From the NCBI GenBank assembly GCA_973895155.1, contig OZ316897.1, positions 7,802,470 through 7,866,469 on the forward strand: a stretch of 64,000 nucleotides of DNA, read 5' to 3'. This DNA is from Marsupella aquatica (lineage: Eukaryota; Plantae; Marchantiophyta). Of this stretch, positions 1 through 14,216 are shown piece by piece. A program made the position numbers and the translations under genes. Within the stretch, counting starts at the first letter, position 1. Each line of letters begins with the position of its first letter. The notes under the pieces were generated by a model. The model was not told where the DNA came from, made no database searches, and saw nothing but the letters and a program-made list of their open reading frames with translations.

Positions 1-3000
1 TTTGAGAAGCTTGTGAAGTATTCTCCATGTCGGACACCACAAATCTGGAGGACTCACAACGTTGAGAATTAGTTTTCACCTGATTTGAAATTGCAGATTG
101 AGGTGACTCCCTAGTCTTGTCCATATTGGAAATTACAAATCGGTATGACTCTTTGCACTGGGAAGGTTGAGAGTTGTTTTTCTCCTTTTGCGGAATTATT
201 GGTTGGGATGATGCTGTAGGTTGAGAACCAGCTTCTGTCGTACTTGAATTGAGAATCAGGGGCAAGTCTTTCAGTTGAGGAGAGTGTGACAATTTAAGTA
301 AATCCACACCCACTGAACTTGGTTTGTGCTCATCTTCCATGGAAGACATATGATCTGGGTCTTGATATTCTTTTGCAGATGTTGGGGTTAGTGATGACAA
401 CAACTGATTGACATCATGACCTTGGCTTGTAACTTTATTTGGGATTTTATCTTGGACGGGGCTTGTATGGTTTGGGCTTGTACCTCTACTTCCTACCGGA
501 CTTGGACCTAGAAGGAACAATCCACGCTCACTCTTAGCTGCCAAGAAGCCATTTAACTTCCCACTCATGATTTTTGACTTCTCTTGCTCTTCCTTCAATG
601 ATTGCATTAAGTTTTGCATCTTTTTGACACTACTTCGAAGGGTACCCAACACTTCCTTTCTCACTTCTGGCTCACACAATCCAAAGCTTGAAAGCTTCTC
701 CTTAGTAATTGAATGCCAATCAATTAGAATAGGTGTGAGTCCCTGTTGATATTGCTATGTTACAACATAGCAATATCACATTCAAGTCATATATCAGTGA
801 TGTTTAGTAGACTTATACTTGTTGCTTCAGAGACAACATTTTACTATACAATCACAAAGCAAAGTTAGATGTAAGGTCTACGGTCTAGAGTGATGCCTCC
901 AAACCATGACTCAGGGGCCAAGACAGAAGGACACGGGGAAGAGAGGACATGTAGTATTGGGATGAGAGTACACTAAGGGGGAGGGTGCTACAATGCACAC
1001 AAAGTATCTCCTGGGCTTTCAGCTGGCTAATTTGAATAAGTAACCTTTGTTTAGTACTCACTACATCCAAAAACCCTCTTCCTAGAAATCACAGTTTGCT
1101 AAAAAAAACACACTGGCGGTTTTGAGCTAGATACTTAAAGACACTATCATAGAGACAAGATACATGGAGACTTACCAAGGAATAAAAGTTGGGTTTATTA
1201 AATATTTCAAGCACAACTACATTCCAATTTACACAACAGCATCGTGAGCAATAATGGTGCCATTATTTTGCTACTAGCTCAAATATGACGAATGCAAGCA
1301 AAGTACTTCACCCTATCACCTATTTTGGGTGCACAGAGTTACTCACATGGTTGGATTCACTTGGATGATTCAATAGAAATTTATTGGCAATGTTGTTACT
1401 TCAAAAGAGGCAGTTCTAGAGAAAAACAAACATATTTATTGGCCGGCATGGTAAATTGTAGATCATTCCCTTTATTGCCCACATAACACTTCTAAGAGAG
1501 GTACAATCACGGTTAAATTTCTAGTCTAGTTCATGCTGAAGATATGTAGGGAAGATGTGTTTGTTAGTTTGAAGATTTGCTTAAGAGTGAGGGTGCATAG
1601 ATGCGTAATTATGTCACTGGGAATACCTGATCAATGGAGGATTGAGGTTTTATTAGCTCTTCAATTGTTGATTGCAATCCTTTATTGACAACTCGTAATT
1701 GTGTTACATTGTCCACCAACTGCACAGTTCAGGTTGTGCAGAGTCCATTATAAAATTGAGGCTGAAAATCTTTAAACTAGAAACCCTACTATCACTATCA
1801 CATGCAAATAATGACTATCTAGACAATGGATTCATTTCTACTAATAGAAACAGAATCCCACCATTGCCTAAAATGCCTGGATGAACATTCATAACCCAGA
1901 TAGAATCTGAGCAAACATGTAAATGTGCTCCATTAGCATTGTTTGCAACTATTTTAGAAATGTTTGTGAAAACATGTATGCAGCTCCCTCGTCCGGTTTA
2001 GGGGCTGGACAACCTCTAATGTGGGAGCATCAGTTTCACCAAATATGCATCAAATTAGAAAATCTAGCTATTGCAGTAACCAGTGAAAATAGATGTCATT
2101 ACTTAAGTCTTGAAACATGTGATGTTGGTAGTACTAAGATCATTGCACTGGATTAAGTCAAGGGGAAATAGATCCCATAAAAATCAAACATCTGGGCATA
2201 TTTCATTCAAATTGAGTTATACTATTTATTCCTCAAGAGTCCAACCAAATGTTCAAAAGGCAGCCATTGAGGTATGTCTACATCAAGTTTGTCTGAACTC
2301 TTCATTAGAATAGCTCGAGTTCTATTTAGGCTCAATCATCACTAGTGGATTCTTATGTCTGAAAGATGGAAAGGAAAGGAGCAAGTCAAAACTGAGAGCA
2401 AGATGTGAACCTGCTTCCATGGCTTAACATTGTCTCCGGAGGCCTCCTTTGTGGTAGGTAGAGCCGTTTGTTGACACTTATATGACACGCAAGGGGAGTT
2501 GTTCCTAATTGTTTGGTGAACTCCTTCCTTAGGAGAACATCCACAAGAGTATTTGATAAAAATTGTTGGGAAAGAGTTTTTTGGGGGACAACCACAAGAA
2601 AAGTTTATGTATCCACTTCCTTTAGTTTTAGTCCCTATCTGAAGAATGTTTTCTTTTTCTTTGGAAGTTGAGTTCTCTGTAAGGATGGCTCTAGTGTCAT
2701 GGATTAAGTACTTTCCTGTGGCATGCTCTGGTCTTTCCCATAATGGCCTTCCTTCCCTCTTTGCAAAACCAATACACAAAGAAAAACAAAACCCGAGTCA
2801 ATGCACATCCAGGCATGCATGACATAATCTTTTATATAAATATCCTTTTGGGAGGACATGGACCCTACCCTAGCAAACAAGTTTTAATTTTTTAGAAATA
2901 GATTGACACTAGATTGTTCTTTCATGGACATACGTTTTAGTTTAAAATCCCTATTAACAGGTGTTTGATGAGACAAAAGCCCAAAATATCTGCTTCACTT

Positions 3001-6000
3001 TTGAACATCAAGGTAATATTGTCATTATCATGAGTTCCTTCATACAATCAATATCCATCTTGTTTTGATCTGTGAGTTTGTGCACGATGAGGCAGTGGGC
3101 AGTGTTTCTGGTTGTACTTGAAGAATGCAAATGGAAAAATGTTTCTCATTCATTCATGTCCACCTAGCACAATCGTCATTTGATGAGGGTTTTGTGGGTT
3201 TTTAACTTTCTCTTCATCTCAATTGGACTCAAACGGACACATTCAATCTGTCAAAAGTTGCACCTCACAGTGCCTGAGGTTGACAAGGCAATGATACACT
3301 CCAAAAACTGTAAGACTTCGTATCACTATAGCAAAAATTTATCGCCAACACTTGTATAATTATTCGACCAACTGAAGGTGAAGTGAGGTCATAAAGAAGG
3401 GGTGAATTTCCGTGCCATTGAATTTATGGCAATTCATGGAGTGTGTTTGGGTGTGTGGGGTGGGCCAGCTGCCCTACAACTTCACCCTGGACTAAATTAT
3501 ATATATTTATTTATCTATGCCATAAAAACATATCATATCACCTAGGCTAGGCTGATATGTGTGCTTTAACAGTCCATAACACACTCTGTTCAAAATTCTG
3601 CCCAATTACATTCACATAGACACAGTAAAACAGGAAAACAGTCTTTTGAATGGGTGCAAAACTCCCTTGTTGACATATAAACCATGTGTGTAAATTGCAC
3701 AAACAGGTTTTCATACCAGAGTCAACTAAATAAGGTAACTAAGTTACTATTGACTTTTTTAATGAAGTAATAGAGCTGATGGTGGCAACTTAAAGTTAAG
3801 GTTGAAATTTTACAATAATGCAAGATTCTTTATCCAAAGGAAAGCAGTGGTTTGGGTGGTAGCCTCCATCATCATAAAATCAATGTGTTTTGGATTCTTG
3901 TCTTTAATGAGGAGATCTAAGATTTCAAGGATGGGGAAGATCTAAGTTGAGGTTTTAGATGGTTGTACTTTGCTTTCGTTATGCCAACACTTAGGTCAAC
4001 CCGTCCCTTCACGAACTCCCCAGTAGACTATCCAATGAATGTAAATATACACACTTTTTATATACAAAGGGACCAAACAGAGTACAAATGAACAAACAAA
4101 AGAGGGCCCAAGTGGACAAAACCAATCGAAAAAGAAGTGAGCAAAAGGGAACCACTAAACACCAAGAAAGAGGAACTAAAAGTAAGAAATGAACAATAGG
4201 GAACCCCTAAAAACCAAGAAAGAGAGAGAGACTAAAACTAACCCAAGCGGACCAAGGTCCTCATCATTCCTACCGATTGTGGCAAAAAGCTAATGGTCCA
4301 CATCAAGAGTCAAAACTAGATCGGCAAGTGGGATTGGAACATCCTCAAGGGGAGCTAGCTGCTGCGGAGGCACACTAGCACCCACTGTAAGAGATCGACG
4401 ATAGATGGCCCGAGCTTGAGCACGCTGTAAGGTGACTGAAATGCGTTGGCGAAAGTGCGTGGTCAAAATAGAAAGCGGGGGACTAAACCTTTCAATTGAT
4501 CCTAGAGACTTTTGGGTTGTCTGCTAGTTCATTTGCCAGAAAATTAATGCGGGGATTGAGTATACCATTTGGAATGTTCAATGCCAGTTAAATTAGATCT
4601 GAATACTCTCCTATGATTGAGAACAACTTAATATTCTGAAGTCAAAACAAATAATGCCTTTGACCCTGTTCTCTTGGCTGCAAAATTGTGCATAAATATA
4701 TTTTGAACGTGTCAACTAGTACGAAAGCTGAGCCTAGCTTGGACTTTTTGTATCCAATTTAAAAGAAATATGCCCCAAAATCTCTTGACATGTAGTATAT
4801 ATACACGTGCTTGAAGGAGCTTTGGGGGATCCAACTTACCAACAAACTTGTTCGGCCCTGGCTCATTCACTGTTTCCTACCAAAGATTAGCATGGAGTAA
4901 GAAATGTTCACTTTGAGGCATCATGATCACAACCCACAACAAGGTCCAAGAGTGGCTATGGAGGACAGGCTAGTGATTCACCAAATTTTAACTTAAATTG
5001 TAGGGGAATTTAGGAGATGGTAAAACTTAGGAGGGAAGGAAATTATGAAAAACTCAACATCACAAAGTGTCAAGAGTTTGTAAATTATCAATAAGCTAAA
5101 ATAGCATGGTCTTAGAAAGGGTTAAACTTTGTCTCAGTGTCGTTGTTTGCAAATTTCCAACCTTTTAATCTTACCCACATTCCTGGCACGAATGACAGTC
5201 CATTTTATGATCCCATATATAGGAGCTTGGAAACAAAAGCAATTTGTCCACACAATCACTCTGCCCAGAAGCATTGGACATTATATGCAAATTAAGTTAG
5301 TGCATTGATTTCAACCGTATGTGTTGAGATGTACAGCCCAATAGAGCTCGGAAGGTTGGAACAAATCTCTATCCCAAACCTTTTCATTGCATAGGATTCA
5401 TAAGCTTGCATGGGTCTATGAAAACGTGCATTTCAACCAGGATTTAACATCATAATGAGATGGATTTTGAGTAAACAAATTTATGTTTACACAAGGAGAA
5501 TCTAAAGTCCTATCCAAGCTTCAAGGTTTGGATAAAGATGCCATTATTTCATGCTTCCCATGTTGTTGTTTAGTGTCTTCGAGCTTTGCTATACCTATTT
5601 TACTTGGTTATGTTATTTCAAAAATCTTGAAATTGCTTCACGACTTCGCCATTTAACATGGGTGTTACAAAAAGCAAAATTAATGATTCTAGATTTAAAA
5701 TAAATAAATTGTGTCACCTATCCTTGTTTCCTCCATAATTTTCTTTCTAACCTAAACTAAAAAAATATTAGATAAGTTTTTGGAAGCAATTTGAACAGTC
5801 ACCCCATGACAATCTCTTTTAATATGCCACTCTTTTCTTATTATTCAAGAGGTGAAATGTCACAAAAGATTCTAAATGACTGGAGTTATCATGGTCAGAA
5901 AGACAGCATTTGCTATTAAATTAAATAAGCCAAGTCAAGTTTAATTATAGTTTACATAACAGCTTTGTCTTCTTATTCAGATTGTTTCTTATAGGAAAAT

Positions 6001-9000
6001 AACAAAACTACTTTCGAGAGACCCAAGTTGTGGACCTTTGTGAGATATTGTTAGACTCCAATCATTTGACTACTTCAACAACACCGTGGAAGCTCTGTTG
6101 AGGGACTCGACTTACTGGCATATTTGCAAGACTCAAAGCTTTTTGCCCGGCTTCTTGCTTAAACCCCTCAGGAGTGGATACTTGACCATGAAGCTTGGAA
6201 AATTGACTGATGCTTGTAGTATTTGGATCATCCTCAACGTTGCCACTAACATTATCATTTTTAGCACCAAACTGTGTATGTGTAGCGGTGGGTCGAACAC
6301 TGATTTCACCTACACTGCCATCCTTCACACTTGTAGCAATGTCAATTCTTTCATTTAAGCTTGATGGTGAAAACAACTGAGCATCAATGGACTGCACATA
6401 AACCAAAAATTACAACAATAGGGGTTTAGGTGTAAGTTAGAGGATTGTAACATTTGGTCGGTAGCTTGTCCACTGATTCTATCAGACCAAAGCCCCTGAT
6501 GGACCTAAATGTTTGACAGGATGCCAGGATCAACTTGCACTACCTGGATTCAGATAGTAACTTTCCTTTGTACAAAAGTTAAAGTTTGTGTGGGTCCAAA
6601 GTGACCTGGTCCATTCGAGCATTTTTTCCTGATTCTAGAGATATCCTCCCTATCAAATAATCCACAACAACAAGTGATGAGATTGAGCATGTTACATAAA
6701 TTTCAATGCCTTGTAATCCAAGTATTGTAAACCCAAACCTGTTTAAGATCTTCATATTGTTGAAGTGTTTTCTCAAACCACTGTTGAGGACTAGGAGGTG
6801 GTTCAGATCCCTTTCCGTGTGGCCCGTGACAATTCAGTTCAAAACCACAATTTGACAGGGAACTACGAGCCCTCAAATTTGGAGATGGTGAAAAGTTTAT
6901 CTCACTGAATTTTCCAACTTTCTGGATGACATTTAAAAAATAGCAAATCTCTCGTTAAGATACAAAGATGAACACTTCTGCCTTTACTTAGAAAACCTAA
7001 TGGAAAAAATCATAGTGTTGATTCGTTTTTTTTATAAAGAATAGAACGGATCATTGAGAATACTACAATAAAAACTAACTTTGTCCTATTATAATTGTTC
7101 ATTTCAAAAACTTGAATGTTTAGATGATTTTATGTCTACTTTTCATGACTTTAGCCAATTAATTATTACATATAGAGCTTGACAGAGTAGGGAAGTATGG
7201 TCTGTGGGACATTTGCATTCATGTTGTTGGTTTGAAGTTTTAGAGCTCATGAGCATGAAAAACGATTAAACTTAGAGATGATCACGTACTGCTCTTAATT
7301 CAGGCTCAGGAATTCTTTGACCCAAGTCCCAACATGGGCTACTGGGTTGCTCAGAAAAATTATTCCATTCTTCATAGTTGGCACCTGCAAGCCGATGCAA
7401 GTTGCTCTGTTTTTCCTGTCTTAAGACAAATATTTTGTCTTGGTAGTGAGCGGTATCAGAACTCTGATTTCTATCGGAGCCTGTATCTATACTTTGATTG
7501 ACTTTGAAAGAGTTATCACTCTGGTGTTTGTTTGTGGTTGTGGATGCTTCCTTACTTTGTGTGTCTTCAATATCAAATTGAATCTCCTTGTCTTGAGAAG
7601 AAATTTCCTAATCACATAAAATGACAACAACCTTTAGCATTATGCTTGACTGTTTGGAAGAATAAGCATAGGCCAAGGGAGAAGCTTACACAAAACATAC
7701 AGCATGCTTGATAGTACGGTTACATATGCATGTGTGCATTATCCTTTCATTTCACGCCTACACACCTTGCACTACCTCACTGCAGCATTAATTCCCTTTT
7801 GTTGACATCTTTGAATTTAAATGAATTGTGAACCCTTCAAGAGCCTATCCAGGGGTTTGTTAAATTAATGAGAAGGTCAATGCACTTTACCCCCTACTTT
7901 AACTACTACTAGGGCATGAGCAAAAATTGGGATGGGATGACACCACTATGTATAATTTGTCAACTCAAATCACATGATCAGTCTCAACATGAGCAAAATG
8001 AAAGACAGTGTTTTCAACAATAGCTACATTCAATTCAGTCAATTGGATACAAAATCCTGGAGAAATGAAATAATTTTATAGATTATTACAAAGCATGCTT
8101 ACCAAATGTCAGTGAAGCGCAAGGAGTTGATTGTTGATCTCTGACCTTGCTTCTCTTTCTTTGACGGCTTGAATTTGGTCTCGTAGCTGATATTCGAGGA
8201 GGTATGTATGCCTCCAATCCTGCACCAAAATCTAGGGTTTTCACCTCAGCTGGGACCTTCCATCTTTTGGGTCCAATACCACCACCCCGACCGCGTGTGA
8301 AGCGAGAGTAGGGAGGTGAGCCTGTTACTGTCGTTGCCCGCAACTTGAAACCTGGTATGTTTTGAATCTCCATTAGACACCTACAATGCAAGCAAGACAA
8401 ATACAATGATGAAAACATGATGCAATATCTCTTTGTTGTGCAAAGCATCTTACTAGCTCTAGGTTAATTTCAGTTTGAAGTCAATTTGTTAAACCTCAAT
8501 GTGTCCCTAAATACACTTTTAGAAGTCATTTCCTCATTCTCCTTCAAGTGGTATAATTTTTGTCGAGCAGGACATCATCTGCACATTTGTTTCCAAACCT
8601 TATATTCATGGCAATCAAGTGCTCAGGTTAACAATTATACAAGTCACCTTAAACAATTGATGCAAAGAGATAGCTCTCATATTGCATTTGAGTATTTGTG
8701 GACATCAGTCTATCACTGCTATAGTATGACGGTATGACTTGATCAAGTACGACTTGTCTAAGGTTGAGTGGGTTGGTACTGTAGTGGACAGTAATAATAC
8801 TACCAAATTATTTTGCAATTTGTTTCCCCACATGTACATGGTCTCATCAAAACTGTGAGTAAGAATGTGTTCATTATGTACCTCAGGGTGATTGCATCCC
8901 TCCTATTTTCAAGACGGGCTATCAATCCATGCAAAAGGTTTGATGAAAACTGTGGGTAGATTAGTACGCAATTGAGCTACAATAGGAGATTTAGCATATA

Positions 9001-10310
9001 AGCAGTGTATCTTTCTCGAGGACAAGTTCAGACAGGAGGGCTTTACGATGGTCGCTGGTTTAGTAGGATGTGGAAATTTGGACGGGATCACCAAGACTGA
9101 GATTCTCATATAAAGTACACTGCAAGGGTCCACTTAAATTTGATCGGGTGACCTGTAAGCGCAGTGAATGACCTTTGTAGGTTTTTTGACCCTGGCCCTA
9201 AAGGAGATATGGTCCTGAAGTCCCCTAAGACTTTGACAATGCTCGTAATAATATTCTCTGATTTTGTCCAAGTTTGGTAGAAATCAGCAGCTTCCACTCT
9301 TGATGACACACTCTTCTAGCCCATCTTACACCATACAATCCATTCAAAGTAACATCTTGAGTATTTGCCAAAAAACTTATTTCATCTCTTCATTTTCACA
9401 ATAATTACGTTGCCAGGCTACTGTCAGTGTGAGTTTAACGGTGTCTAAAACCAACTTGACACCAGTTTTGAAACCAAGAAAACTTTCCGTGTATCTTTTT
9501 TGTCGAAAGAATTGGCATACTTATTGTTTTTCAAATTCTCTCTATTTGTTGAATGGCAAAACTTAGGATTTTAAGGCAACAAAGATTTACTAGAGTAGTT
9601 TGCCACTAAAGTTATTCAAACATTGCATTTTGCCAGATTCTAAAAATATTTATCACTGCCACTCTTGATAATTTAGGTTTTAACAAGTCCTAATCTGTGT
9701 ATTCTCAGACCAAAAATAGACCATTCCATAGTATAACTCTCTACAAACTATGCCATTAAGGTTTTTTCTTCGGATAAAACAGCTTAAAAGCTTTCCAAAA
9801 TTCATTTTCTAAAACTGAATCCCTGTACTATACATGTTACCACCAGCGTAGCACAAAAACTCTAAAAAAACTGTGAATACTATACCAGAGCACATTTCAG
9901 TGTTTGTGGATATTTCCTCCAAGTTGCAAAAGTCCATTTGGGATTTGGATGGTCCATCTGAGTAGACTGTCAAATGGTGTGATCTAAGGGTTGTGTGTGA
10001 CTTAAAGACTCTTATTCCTATCACAGGTAGGCCAATTTCATTCTTTGTAGGGTTTGGGACAATGTACCTCCCTACCGTAATAGTGTTCTACAACAACAAA
10101 ATCACCATACGTGCCGTGAAGAGAGAAAACTTCACACAAAGCAAGAAAAAATAAATAAAGACAAAGGATCTTCATCTGTCTATCAACTACTATAATTTCT
10201 AATCAGGCCAAAAGTGGTGGGCTGTCGATCCCTTACAAAATGACTTTTGGAGTGAATCTATGAGAGCCTTCAGATTGATTCCCTCAATTTCTTGGACCTT
10301 GAGATAATCT
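1..10310 (-). pseudogene. Unidentified multi-exon gene or pseudogene encoding a largely S/T/Q-rich low-complexity protein; runs off the left edge
   Basis: A stop-free reading frame covers ~745 down to 1 (GLTPILIDWHSITKEKLSSFGLCEPEVRKEVLG...). Further AG/GT-bounded open segments occur near 2410-2770, 6070-6370, 7385-7608, 8100-8380, 9886-9968 and 10236-10310. At least one putative exon (~8500-8580) contains an in-frame TGA. No domain recognised and the exon chain is not fully resolved. Confidence 0.4.
4290..4493 (-). mobile_element. 3' fragment of a non-LTR retrotransposon ORF (CRE/R2-like, restriction-like endonuclease clade)
   Basis: Minus-strand translation ERFSPPLSILTTHFRQRISVTLQRAQARAIYRRSL...DVDH*. 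RQRISxxLQRAQA is the typical C-terminal motif of REL-endonuclease LINEs. Confidence 0.6.
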
Positions 10311-10554
10311 AAAAATGGGACAAGCTATAAAGTTAGATAAATGTATGAGAATAAATGTACAAAGTAGAGTACATGTTTACAGGATGTACAAGCTATACAC
10401 GTATAGGGTACACTCCAGCATTATTGGGTGTGTGCATATGACAACTAGGAGAGACAGAAGGAAGAACTTAACAAAGTATTTGTTTCTTCCATTTTCAAAT
10501 AGGTTTACCCTCATTTAGAAAACTTTTACCTTTATCCATTTTTTGAGGTGGGAA

Positions 10555-10683
10555 GGTAGACATCTTACAAAAAAGTCTCCTGCAAAGTCTTTTGCGAGAC
10601 ATCATATTTTCCGCAAATGATATCTTTTTGCAACATCTTTTCCATATCTACATCTTCTGTGCAATGCATGGGTATTGAGCTAG
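10555..10683 (+). mobile_element. Non-autonomous Helitron-like remnant (3' end)
   Basis: ACATCTT minirepeats end in tgtgcaatgcatgggtattgagCTAG|t, the same family as 22521-24359. Confidence 0.45.
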
Positions 10684-11046
10684 TACACTATAATAGGTAG
10701 TCCCGATCTTTATCTTTCATGATTTATTTACAAATTTTCATTATGGCGGGAAACCTCCTTGTCCATTTAATTACAATGACACTTTTTCTTAACAATAAAA
10801 TTGGCCAAAAGGTGCCATTGTGCAGGTCTTTAGTGCCCAACCCTTTGTTGAGTGAAGCAAACATTATTCATAAAACAACGTGCACATATGTAACATCCAC
10901 CAAACACACAAGCAGTCCACACAGGAGATGTGTGGTTCACTTCACCAGATGTAACGTCCATGGGAACACATAAGAGAATTTTACTAAACTCCAAGCCCGT
11001 CGGCCATACCAAGTCTCGAGAGACTGAACTATTCTATCTCTCAATT

Positions 11047-11985
11047 GGGAGGTATATGTTTGATGGGACCCTTGCTAAAACCGGGGCTAAAACAAATTTA
11101 CCTGATAGGCCCTTATGAAACTTTTGTTATGAACTAGGCCCCTTCTGACACTTTTGTCTCTATGTTCTTGTAAAGTTCCTGTAAGAAATTTTAGCCTACT
11201 ATTATCACCAATAAGAGTTACTATAAAGTTTAGAGTCAAACCATGTTGAATGACAAACTACGGCGTTGGGGGAACTGTGGAGTAATGGCGGCCATCACAT
11301 GAACTGCAAATTCCTAAGTGAAGACAATATGGTTCATGACTTCAGGTTTGAATTTCTACCACACCGTCTTTAGGTTGCTTCTCACCCCCTTCTCACACAG
11401 GGTTTGTATGATGTGTTGATGCTTCTCTTTGTTCTTTTGTCTAAGTATGGAATGAATCCTCTACTTTTGGTCATTGGCCCCTAGTCCAACATTCAAAATT
11501 GTCCAAATTGTGGAACAAAGAGAACATGGATGTTGTCTTCTCACATCTGGATCCCAAATTTGTCCAAGTATGGAAGGAACTGCCCTTGTTGCAACTTAAA
11601 AAATTTATCTTAGTGTAAAACAAAGATAACATGGAGTCAATCATAATGAGAAATTTTGCTAGCCTGCAAAAACTAGACCAAATGTTGTACAAACCCGCAT
11701 CATGGAGCGGTGGATCCACTAAAACTCTATAATCATGTGTAAATATAATTCATTATGTCTTCAAGCATAGAGGTACACGCGGTGAACTATGATTAAGAGA
11801 GCGATGGGAAATGTATGATTGACCATGCAATTAGGCACCACATAAGAACCATGTGTACGAAACCTATGTAGGGTGCCTAGTTTTTAACAACATTTTTGTG
11901 GGGGGTCTAGTTTGTCACAAAAGTTTATAGAGGCCTATCATGCAAATTTGTTTTGGCAAGGGTCCCATCAAGCATATAAGTTCTC
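11047..11985. mobile_element. Degenerate MITE/MULE-like element with ~90-bp inverted termini
   Basis: 11053-11141 (tatatgtttgatgggacccttgc...ataggcc...actaggcccc) is an imperfect reverse complement of 11901-11978. No clear TSD. Confidence 0.45.
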
Positions 11986-14216
11986 TACTGGCTCTTAACA
12001 ATGAATCTAAGTTTCACTTCTCAACTAAGTACTGCTAGTGCATAGATTGAGTAGTTAGCATAGATTGAGTAGTTGCACATCTAACTGTAACCAAGCACCT
12101 GACTATGGCTTGACTAACTGCGATTAAATAGTCTCTCTAGACTCAAGAGTAAAGGATAAACGCCCACTACTCTCCTTGTAATTCACACACTCCTTGAAAC
12201 CCAGTTGCCAAGTTGAGTTGCCGACTCAAGACAACATCCGACTGCTCGACCACCTCACTTATGCTTGACGACATTTTCGCTCTACCGTAAATTATTGTTT
12301 ACATCCAGCTGCCTGGTCGTCTCACTTGTGTTGGACAATTCTGCCTGATCATCTCACTTGTGTTGGACAACATTTACACTCTACATCACTTATTATTGAC
12401 AAGTGTGCATATAATCTATCTAATCTCCTTAGAGATAAGTGGGCCAATTTCATTCTTTCTAGGGTTTGGAAAATTGCAGCTGTGCTACCCCTGTGTTTCT
12501 TGCCACGAAGGCAAACGATCAACTAAGTTTGACGAGCATTCGTTCCCTTTCGTTCGAGAGGAGAGCAACAGTCATGAGAGTTTTGCTCTTGATCGTTGCC
12601 TTTTGCTGCGTACTCTTACATTTCTGTCACTGCCTCTCCTCTCCTCTCCTCTCCTTCGCTTCTTCGTTTTCCGACTCTACCTCTCCCGCCCTCGTCTCGC
12701 TCGGGCCAAAAGTTCATGGCACCAAGCAGGCATGGGGTTCGTACTGCGTTGTCTCGTGACGACTTGACTAACTGACTTGCGGACTGATACGTTGATGTGT
12801 ACATTCATGGAAGGTTTCCTTGATCAATCGCGCAAATAGAGTGCCAAAGAAGTCGAAGACTTAGAGTTTCAGGAATCCTAGAGGACGGACTGGAGAGGAG
12901 AAGTGATATTCCAGTCTCGCTCGTTCGTTCTGCTCGCGGCCCGTTTAGTCTTCTGCACCTGAGCCTGGCTGCTGCTGTTGCTGACTCGCTGAATCTGCAC
13001 GTGAGGCACCTTTGCGTGGTATGAATGCCCGCTGCCCTGTCTTGGCTTGCCTCGCCTTCGCATTGTCACTCACTTCTGAGGCAGTTGTTGGTGAACTTGT
13101 ATGTCGAAGCGTTTTGTGAGTTCCGCCTCTCCTTAATGCAATGGAACGAGGATTGCGAACTCTATTGTATTGGTGTCTATTGTGTAGGTCTCCAGCATTT
13201 TACAGAATGCGTTTTGTGGTCTTTCTTTGATTGAACAGGTAGTTTGGCCTGTGGCGTCCGAAGTGAGAGCTTTCAATCATGCTACTATCCGCGTTCCTTG
13301 ACTCAACGCGGGACCTGCCCCTGTCGTGAAGGCCAGTGGTGGCAGTACTACTTCGGGGTCTGTTTACCGGAGCATTGTGAAGTCATTTCTGAGCCGAATT
13401 TTACTTAAGCTAGTGTGAGTGAGCAGCACGGAGCGGACCTCGAGGAGGCGGGGAGTGCGTTGATGTCGCAGCCCCGAGTAACAATAACTTTTGGGCGTAA
13501 CGGCCAGGTCTGTCTTCTTTAGACGCTCGTCCTGTACACATAATGTGTGAAGTATTGGGAACTTGTGGTAGGTATTGTGTAACTGAATTTATCTCCCAAG
13601 AAGAAATGCATGAACTGTTGGGCGACTCTAAAATCGCGAGAAACTGAATGGCGCACATCTTGTCGACTCGACGTAACCAGTATCGGCAGGGAGAAACCTA
13701 GAATGACGATCCCTGTGGATGGATGGAAGAATGTGCTGTTTTGAACGTTGCGAGGAGAAAATTCCTGCTATTTCTTACTCAGTCGGTTGAAGCTCTATTA
13801 TGTGATTCATGATGTTTAATTATATTTTGGCACAAGCTGAAGAGATGAAGGATGCTCGATTGCCGAATGTTTGTGATATCGTGACTGAGAACCACAAAGA
13901 CGAGAAAGCGGAAAACATGCTTTCGTCTCAGTGCATGGCATGCGGCTTGTCTGGCGCAGAGGGTAGCGGAGTTGTCAGATGTCCCAAGGGTTGCACGGGC
14001 GTCGCTGTCAAGGAAGAGGTGTGCCTGTAGCAGGAATGAGTGTTCCATCCAGTGGTTGCCCACCCTTTACAGCGATTCTATCACTACCTAAATCTGTGCC
14101 GCCTAAGCTCTGGGACTGGACTTCCAGCATTGATTGCAATTTGAGAGGCATCCAATATCTTATGTGTCTTGGTTTTGATCTGGAAGGGGCAGAGGCGTGC
14201 AACTGTGTCCCGCGAC

